NCBI GenBank assembly: GCA_947627475.1
Contig: CANQWE010000002.1
Span: forward strand, 11,990 to 75,989
Origin: an uncultured Clostridia bacterium
GTDB taxonomy: Bacteria; Bacillota; Clostridia; Oscillospirales; CAG-272
Direction of reading: 5' to 3'
Length of the DNA stretch: 64,000 bases
The notes under the pieces: generated by a model
Told to the model about the DNA's origin: nothing
What the model saw: only the letters and a program-made list of their open reading frames with translations
The model's database searches: none
Shown here: piece after piece, positions 58,031 through 64,000 of the stretch
Position numbering within the stretch: the first letter of the stretch is position 1
How the letters are laid out: every line of letters begins with the position of its first letter
Made by a program: the position numbers and the translations under genes

Positions 58031-59137
58031 CTAATTTGCTGTCTCCCCATCTCCCTGCGGACCTGGCGGAGCATCGCTTTCTATCACCTCGCGGATTCCA
58101 TCGGCGATCCCGTCGATCATGGTAATCACACGCCTGTAATTCATACGTTTGGGACCGATCACGCCCAGAGCGCCCACGGTCCTCCCATCCTTGAGCACAG
58201 GTTTAAAAACCAGCGTGGAATTGTCCAGGGTGACCACCGGATTCTCACTTCCGATATATACCTGCACTCCACCCTCCTGCTGTCCGGCCGGCATCAGAGG
58301 AGCCTGTTCCCCGGACACCAGCTGCAAAAGGTCTTCCTTGCGCTCCAATGCTTCCAGCATTTCCCGCAGCTTGCCGATATCATAAAACTCCGGATAGGAA
58401 AGAAGCCGGTTGACTCCGTCTACCTTTACATCGCCGCCGGACACCGCACTGATGGTCTGGCAAACGCACCGCACCACAGGAGCTGCCAAAAAAGCATATT
58501 CCCCCATGGCGCTCTCTATCTCCATCAAAAGGGGCAGCGTCATTTGATCTCCTGTAATGCCTGTAAGACGGATGTTCATCAAATTGGCCAGTTTCTTTAC
58601 CGCCTCTTCCGGAACCGGCTGCTGGCTGACGATGTTCTGGGTACGCACGGCTCCTCCGGCTGTCACCATTACCAGCACAATGCTCCGACCGTCTATGCAG
58701 ATAAGTTCATATTTTTTCACCGTCATTGACGAAACACGCGGCCGCACAGCCAGGGCCGTATAGTTGGTCATGCTGGCTGCCAGGTGCATGGCCGCATCCA
58801 ATATCCCATCCAGCTGTGCCTGCTTGGCACGTAGTGTTGCCTGGAGGCTTTCTATTTCCTCCGCGGTCATACGGTATCGCTCCACCAGCGTGTCTACATA
58901 AAACCGATATCCCGCCTCGCTGGGGACCCTGCCTGCAGACGTATGGGGCTGCTCCAGATATCCCATGCTTTCCAGCTCCGCCATCTCATTACGGATGGTT
59001 GCGGAGGAGTAAGAAAATCTGCCGCCCTGGGTGAGGTATTTGCTTCCTACCGGTTCGCCGTTTTCGATGTGGGCGTCTACGATCGCTTTCAAAATCGATT
59101 TTTTTCTTTCGCTTAGGAAAGCATCTTCCGATTTCAC
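58031..59137 (-). CDS. hrcA: heat-inducible repressor HrcA
   Basis: LSERKKSILKAIVD..VGSK, with CIRCE upstream. Confidence 0.9.
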   Translation of the reverse strand: MKSEDAFLSERKKSILKAIVDAHIENGEPVGSKYLTQGGRFSYSSATIRNEMAELESMGYLEQPHTSAGRVPSEAGYRFYVDTLVERYRMTAEEIESLQATLRAKQAQLDGILDAAMHLAASMTNYTALAVRPRVSSMTVKKYELICIDGRSIVLVMVTAGGAVRTQNIVSQQPVPEEAVKKLANLMNIRLTGITGDQMTLPLLMEIESAMGEYAFLAAPVVRCVCQTISAVSGGDVKVDGVNRLLSYPEFYDIGKLREMLEALERKEDLLQLVSGEQAPLMPAGQQEGGVQVYIGSENPVVTLDNSTLVFKPVLKDGRTVGALGVIGPKRMNYRRVITMIDGIADGIREVIESDAPPGPQGDGETAN

Positions 59138-59155
59138 GTCAGATCCTCCTCTCTT

Positions 59156-59182
59156 TTAGCACTGTTGATCTTAGAGTGCTAA
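59156..59182. promoter_or_regulatory. CIRCE operator
   Basis: ttagcactg-N9-gagtgctaa compared with the consensus TTAGCACTC-N9-GAGTGCTAA. Confidence 0.85.
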
Positions 59183-59193
59183 ATCTTGTTTTA

Positions 59194-59222
59194 AATTTAC
59201 CATGATATCCCGGGAAAGTCAA
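59194..59222 (-). promoter_or_regulatory. hrcA operon promoter TTGACT-17-TAAATT
   Basis: Minus-strand boxes immediately upstream of CIRCE. Confidence 0.5.
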
Positions 59223-59293
59223 TAAGAATATAGATATATAATGTGAACTTTTTGTTAAATTAGGGGTGGAGTGCCAAAATGTCACCGGTCTCC

Positions 59294-59322
59294 TTGACAA
59301 AAGAAAGGCGCCTCTTTATAAT
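59294..59322 (+). promoter_or_regulatory. promoter TTGACA-17-TATAAT
   Basis: Consensus boxes upstream of the glucokinase gene. Confidence 0.5.
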
Positions 59323-59356
59323 ATGGGTATCCAAGGAAAGGAACGCACATTTTATT

Positions 59357-60322
59357 ATGTATAACATTGGAATTGATCTTGGCGGTACCAACATCGCCGC
59401 AGGTATCGTAGATGAAAACTACAATATTGTAAAAAAAGCCTCCACCCCCACCAACGCCGGCCGCAGTGCTGATGAAATCACCGCGGATATCGCCGCACTG
59501 TGTCAAAAGGTAACTGCTGAAGCAGGTCTGACGATGGATGAGATGGACAGTATCGGCATCGCAACCCCGGGAACGGCCAACTGCGGGACAGGGGAAATTT
59601 TATATGCAAACAATCTTCCCTTTTCCAATTATCCCATGGAAAAAAAGCTGTCGGAATTTTTGGGCTGCAAAAAGCGGGTATATATTGAAAACGACGCCAA
59701 CGCAGCTGCCAAGGCAGAAGCTGTGGCAGGCGCTGCAAAGGGATCGAAATACTCTGTGATGATCACCCTGGGCACCGGGGTTGGCGGCGGTATCATTTTA
59801 GACGGACAGGTATATTCCGGCTTTAATCATGCAGGCGCGGAGCTTGGCCATATGGTAATCGTAAAGGATGGCAGACAGTGTACCTGCGGACGGCGGGGAT
59901 GCTGGGAGACCTATTCCTCTGCCACCGGGCTGATCCGGACCACCCGGGAAAAGTTAGAGGAATGCAGAAAAAGCGGCCGCAGCACCGTGATGGAAGAAAT
60001 GATCGGCGGGGACCTGAGCCGGATTTCCGGCAGAACTGCTTTTCGCGCCATGCAGACGGGAGATGCAGTAGGGGCCGAAGTGGTAGACGAATATATCTCC
60101 TATTTGGCTACCGGACTTGTAAATATTATTAATATTTTCCAGCCCAATGTGTTGTCCATCGGCGGCGGAATTTCCAATGAAGGGGATTCTCTCATTGAAC
60201 TGCTCCACGATCGTGTATTTGCAGAGACATACACCCGAGGAGACACGCCCCAGTGTTCGCTGAAAATTGCAAAGCTGAAAAACGACGCCGGAATCATCGG
60301 CGCCGCAAGCTTGGGGTTGTAA
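59357..60322 (+). CDS. glcK: ROK-family glucokinase
   Basis: IGIDLGGTNIAAG and a CTCGRRGCWE zinc motif. Start at MYNIG. Confidence 0.85.
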   Translation: MYNIGIDLGGTNIAAGIVDENYNIVKKASTPTNAGRSADEITADIAALCQKVTAEAGLTMDEMDSIGIATPGTANCGTGEILYANNLPFSNYPMEKKLSEFLGCKKRVYIENDANAAAKAEAVAGAAKGSKYSVMITLGTGVGGGIILDGQVYSGFNHAGAELGHMVIVKDGRQCTCGRRGCWETYSSATGLIRTTREKLEECRKSGRSTVMEEMIGGDLSRISGRTAFRAMQTGDAVGAEVVDEYISYLATGLVNIINIFQPNVLSIGGGISNEGDSLIELLHDRVFAETYTRGDTPQCSLKIAKLKNDAGIIGAASLGL

Positions 60323-60332
60323 ATCTGCAGCA

Positions 60333-61570
60333 AACAAGCGCCATAGCGAAGCTGGGGAAGTCAGCTTCGCTTCTACGGATCACGACGCAATCCGCAAAAC
60401 GCTCTTTTGGGTACTTTTCCTCAGCGTAGGAAAAGTACCCTCTGTTTTCCTTTGCTTCGGGAGGCAGGAAAGAAACTGCTCCTTTTCCAAAGGAAAGAGA
60501 AAAGGACGTTCCTTTTGTACTGTGACAAAAGGAACCAAAAACACAGAAAAGGGAAGGGGGATTCCCCCTTCCCTTTTCGATCCCTTCCCCTTTGACAAAT
60601 GGGGCAGGGCAAACCTTTCGGTATGCGCTAAGTTTCCAGCAGCTGCAGGATAGATGGAAAGCAAAAAGATATCGTCTGTATAAGACGAGACAAATGCAGT
60701 TTGCAGAAACGAAAAAAGCTTTCCTCTAAAGGGGGGATTGCGAAGTCTATACAGACTTGGCGTGAAGTGGATCAGCAAAGCAGCATTTTGCAGGACCTGC
60801 ACAACAGCACCGTAGTCAAGCAGTCCAAGGACGGACGGAAAGTCTGCAGAAGACAAACGCGATCGCAAAGCCGGGCATCCGGCTTTGCCCTACGGATCGT
60901 TGTGCGATCCGCAAAAAGCATTTTGGGGTACGTGTACTTTGCGCAGCAAAGTACCATTTTGCTTTGGAAAAAAGTACCATCGTCCCCCCTGCTTCGGTAA
61001 GCAGGAAAGAAACTGCTCCTTTTCCAAAGGAAAGAGAAAAGGACGTTCCTTTTGTACTGTGACAAAAGGAACCAAAAACACAGAAAAGGGAAGGGGGATT
61101 CCCCCTTCCCTTTTCGATCCCTTCCCCTTTGACAAATGGGGCAGGGCAAACCTTTCGGTATGCGCTAAGTTTCCAGCAGCTGCAGGATAGATGGAAAGCA
61201 GAAAAATATCGTCTGTCTGAGACAGAGACAAAGAAAGTCTGTACAGACTTTCGCGTAGAGTGGATCACCACGGCAAGACATTGCAGGGTCTGCAACAGCA
61301 CCACAGTCAAGCAGTCCAAGGACAGACGGAAAGTTTGTACAAAACGAACGCGATAGCCAAGCCGGGGATCCGGCTTGGCCCTACGGATCGCGGTGCGATC
61401 CGAAAAAAGCGTTTTTGGGTACTTTTGCCGCGCCTGGCAAAAGTACCATTGTTTCCCCCCTGCTCCCAGAGCAGAAATTCCCCCGTGGAGATGGGAAAAG
61501 TCGATTTTCCCCACCGCTTCAAAGGGAGCCTGTAAGGGAAGTCCTATAGTTTTACAGGTCAAAAAACCTC
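60333..61570. repeat. tandem array (~2.3 units of ~537 bp) of the mosaic hairpin-module element
   Basis: Offset of 537 nt, with 60464-60663 identical to 61001-61200. Flanking modules are diverged but collinear. No credible ORF. Confidence 0.85.
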
Positions 61571-61573
61571 CCA

Positions 61574-62872
61574 TCACTTTCCGGAAACGGTGATCCCGTT
61601 AAAGGCTGCATACGGAAGCACCGAATATCCGTCCGCTACCCTTTCCCGGGAAATTGCCTCTACGTTTTGCAGCATATCGGCAAGATTGCCGGAAATCATC
61701 GTCTCGCTCACCGCATGGGTGATCTTGCCGTTCTCAATGAGAAAGCTGTTTTTGGCAACCCCGGAGAAATCTCCATTGGTACTGGGCTGTCCACCGGAGA
61801 AGCGGCCCACCAGAATGCCCTTATCAATGGAAGCAATAATCTCCTCCACCGAGCGGTCTCCCGGCCGCATCACCATGCTGCCCCCGGCGTTTTTCGCCCG
61901 GGGTACGCCAGTTTTATTAGATACATACAGTCCCACTAAAAAGCTGGACAGCTTTCCCTCCTGGATAAAGTCAAAATCCTGGGCCAGAAAGCCCTCTGCC
62001 GTATACGACTGCCCGCATACGACCTGTGGATCCCCAGGCGCAAAGGAAACGGTGATTTTCGGATCCGCTACCTGCTCGCCCAGCTTGTCCTTCCAGATGC
62101 TGGTACCCTCCAGCACCGGTCCGTCGGACGCAAAATTGTCCGCGATATCTCCCAAAAAGGAACCCAGGCATCCGGGAGGCAGCAGCATCACCCCGGTGAA
62201 TTTCTCACCGACTGTCTTTGTGTGGATCTGCTTCTCTACGTCTGCCAAGTCCTTTTCAATGGAGCCAAGTTCCATAAAAGGACGATCCAGATTATCTGTT
62301 ATGACGCCTGTTCCAAAGAAGGAAGAGGCCGCCTGCCCTTCATGGGCAGAAAACATTAAATCTACATTATAGTATCCGGCATCTTTGGTATAACACGCGC
62401 CGTTTGTATTACGGTATACACTGTGACTGCGCACATGAGACACGATCATTTGCTCTACCATGATTTTTGGATATTTTTTCCCGATTTGCTCCAGCAGCTC
62501 CGCCGTCCGGTCAAAGAGCCGATCCACATCTGCCGTGAGAACACCCTGGGTAAAGCTGTGCACTTCTCCGTCCGGCGCCAAATCCCATGCCGAATCCGGT
62601 TCTGCAGAAACAGCAGACGCCATACAGTCAGCCACGGCCTGATCTACCGCCGCATCGTCAAACCGGTTGATTCCAACAGAGCCCTTTTTCCCCTCTGTAA
62701 TTCCGGTAAGGGACAGCGAATTGTCAAACAAGGTGCGCATCAGGCTAAATTGGCCGCCATCCACATTGAATTCTCTGGTAACACTGGTAGACGCGGTGCA
62801 GTGCGCCTTATCCGCACCGGCCCCCTGTAATTTTTCTATGACATTCCCCGTTATTTTATCCAGTTCGATCAT
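61574..62872 (-). CDS. pmbA: TldE/PmbA family metalloprotease subunit
   Basis: Peptidase U62 family similarity by eye. Paired with tldD. Confidence 0.75.
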   Translation of the reverse strand: MIELDKITGNVIEKLQGAGADKAHCTASTSVTREFNVDGGQFSLMRTLFDNSLSLTGITEGKKGSVGINRFDDAAVDQAVADCMASAVSAEPDSAWDLAPDGEVHSFTQGVLTADVDRLFDRTAELLEQIGKKYPKIMVEQMIVSHVRSHSVYRNTNGACYTKDAGYYNVDLMFSAHEGQAASSFFGTGVITDNLDRPFMELGSIEKDLADVEKQIHTKTVGEKFTGVMLLPPGCLGSFLGDIADNFASDGPVLEGTSIWKDKLGEQVADPKITVSFAPGDPQVVCGQSYTAEGFLAQDFDFIQEGKLSSFLVGLYVSNKTGVPRAKNAGGSMVMRPGDRSVEEIIASIDKGILVGRFSGGQPSTNGDFSGVAKNSFLIENGKITHAVSETMISGNLADMLQNVEAISRERVADGYSVLPYAAFNGITVSGK

Positions 62873-62887
62873 ACGAAGTCTCCTTCC

Positions 62888-64000
62888 TTATCTGCCGCCT
62901 ACTGTGATTTTGCAACGAATGGCCGGGCCACCCAAGCCTACAGGCATAGGCTGCTTTTTTCCGCAAAAGCCGGAGGAGGACCAGCTGATAGTATCCCCCA
63001 CCATGTCCACTGTTTTGAGCATTTCAAAAGCCACGCCGGATATGGTGGTATCCAGCAGCGCTCTGCCCAGCTTGCCGTTTTTGATCTCGTATCCCATGCA
63101 GACGCCAAACATAAATTCGCCGGTTGTGTCTGCCTGGCCGTTGTTGGTATCGATAAAATAATACCCGTCCTCCACAGAGGCGATCATGTCCTCTAACTTG
63201 GATGAACCGGGGACAATGGCTGTATTGCGCATCCGGATCAAGGGTTCGTCAGAGAAGAGGTATGCCCTTGCGTTACCGGTAGGTTCCATTCCAAAGTGCT
63301 GGGCCGTCTGCCGACTGTTCATATATCCGGTAAGCATGCCGTCCTGAATCAATACCGCATCCCTTGCAGGCGTACCTTCATCATCTACATAAACCGGCAA
63401 CGGGGTAGGCGTGCCCAGACATGTGTGAGCATAGTCCACCATAGTTACCAGGGGACTTGCCACCATTTTTCCCAGGTTATGAGCAGCTACACTGCCGCCC
63501 AGCACCAGATCTGCCTCCACCGTATGGCCAACCGCCTCATGGGCCAGCATACCGGTGAGCTCGCCGCTGATGATGCAGGTTTTCTCCCCTGCCGACGGAT
63601 ATATGCCCTCCCGCTTCTGCATAAGCTTTTCATACAGCTCGTCCACTTTGGGATATAGCAGGGCAGGATCGGAGAAGATGGTATCAAAGGTGCCCATGCC
63701 CCCTACGGGCACAAATAGCTCCACCGGAACCCCCGCGGGCGTATCCGCCGTCAGGCGAAGGTATACGTAGCAGCGGGGTAAAATCACATGGGCGTCGTGC
63801 CCTTGGGACACGCACAGAAGCTTTTCCATAGAATCTGCCCGGATGCTGACGCCTCTGCCAGTGAGGCCAGGACAACTTTTTTCGATATAGGCGTCCAGGG
63901 CGCCTGCAAAATCGATATAATCCTTTTGTACGGGATCGTTGTCCGAAATCTCCCGCAGGGTTTGTCCTTTCGCTACATCAGGCAGGGGGGAAGATTTTTT
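62888..64000 (-). CDS. tldD: TldD family metalloprotease, 5' end outside window
   Basis: HEAVGHTVEAD metal motif. The reading frame stays open from 63829 to the window edge. Confidence 0.8.
   Translation of the reverse strand, partial: KKSSPLPDVAKGQTLREISDNDPVQKDYIDFAGALDAYIEKSCPGLTGRGVSIRADSMEKLLCVSQGHDAHVILPRCYVYLRLTADTPAGVPVELFVPVGGMGTFDTIFSDPALLYPKVDELYEKLMQKREGIYPSAGEKTCIISGELTGMLAHEAVGHTVEADLVLGGSVAAHNLGKMVASPLVTMVDYAHTCLGTPTPLPVYVDDEGTPARDAVLIQDGMLTGYMNSRQTAQHFGMEPTGNARAYLFSDEPLIRMRNTAIVPGSSKLEDMIASVEDGYYFIDTNNGQADTTGEFMFGVCMGYEIKNGKLGRALLDTTISGVAFEMLKTVDMVGDTISWSSSGFCGKKQPMPVGLGGPAIRCKITVGGR

Noticed and set aside
60333-61570. Possible CRISPR array, because of the repeated palindromic sequence and lack of ORFs
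   Set aside because: The period is about 537 bp, not 55-75 bp. There are no short identical direct repeats alternating with unique spacers, and no cas genes or leader.
60333-61570. Large ornate ncRNA of the ROOL or GOLLD class, given the unit size of about 540 nt
   Set aside because: I cannot match any conserved motif of those families from memory. The near-perfect stems with 3-nt loops look more like REP/BIME-type DNA palindromes. This stays an open check (Rfam cmscan) rather than a claim.
60380-61577. ORFs 60380-60868(-), 60772-61149(-), 60816-61577(-) and 60890-61231(-), and likewise 9743-10150(+), 9868-10380(-) and 10275-10952(-), as protein genes
   Set aside because: They are read-through of the repeat. 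Duplicated peptides such as MPCPICQRGRDRKGKGES.. simply mirror the DNA duplication. They lack an RBS, have low-complexity composition, and overlap each other in several frames.

Overview
64-kb chromosomal window from a moderately GC-rich Clostridia-type Firmicute. The lineage call rests on an IspH-S1 fusion, T-box, L-box and TPP leaders, an HrcA/CIRCE dnaK operon, a BceRS-AB module and many consensus TTGACA-17-TATAAT promoters. It holds about 45 protein genes, mostly housekeeping: copA (3' part), pfkA, thrS, cmk-plsC-ispH/rpsA, mnmG, rlmH, rimO, recA-recF-recX, dapA-dapB-lysA, hrcA-grpE-dnaK-dnaJ-prmA, glcK and pmbA/tldD. Two things stand out. (1) An ORF-free mosaic element built from strings of perfect hairpin modules occurs as about 2.3 tandem 537-bp units at 60.3-61.6 kb and as an inverted copy at 9.8-10.3 kb. 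Homologous stems differ between copies by pairing-preserving double changes, and I do not recognise it as a named family. (2) A visibly AT-richer island of about 11.7 kb (22.7-34.4 kb) sits between the ispH/rpsA terminator and apbE. It carries a frameshifted TetR gene and an oleate hydratase gene with at least 6 lesions. It also carries at least three decayed IS3-family transposase fragments bracketing an orphan lipoprotein SBP and an intact 1,608-aa wall-anchored protein with an embedded PHP/CehA-type metallohydrolase domain and an NPQTG sorting signal. Further points: an ApbE flavin transferase next to a two-domain lipoprotein with AGCT at the expected flavinylation site, a C-terminal HMA domain in copA with its own internal SD/ATG, an extended ThiT behind a TPP riboswitch, and recF lying between recA and recX. 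All calls come from reading the sequence and ORF translations by eye. No database search was run.
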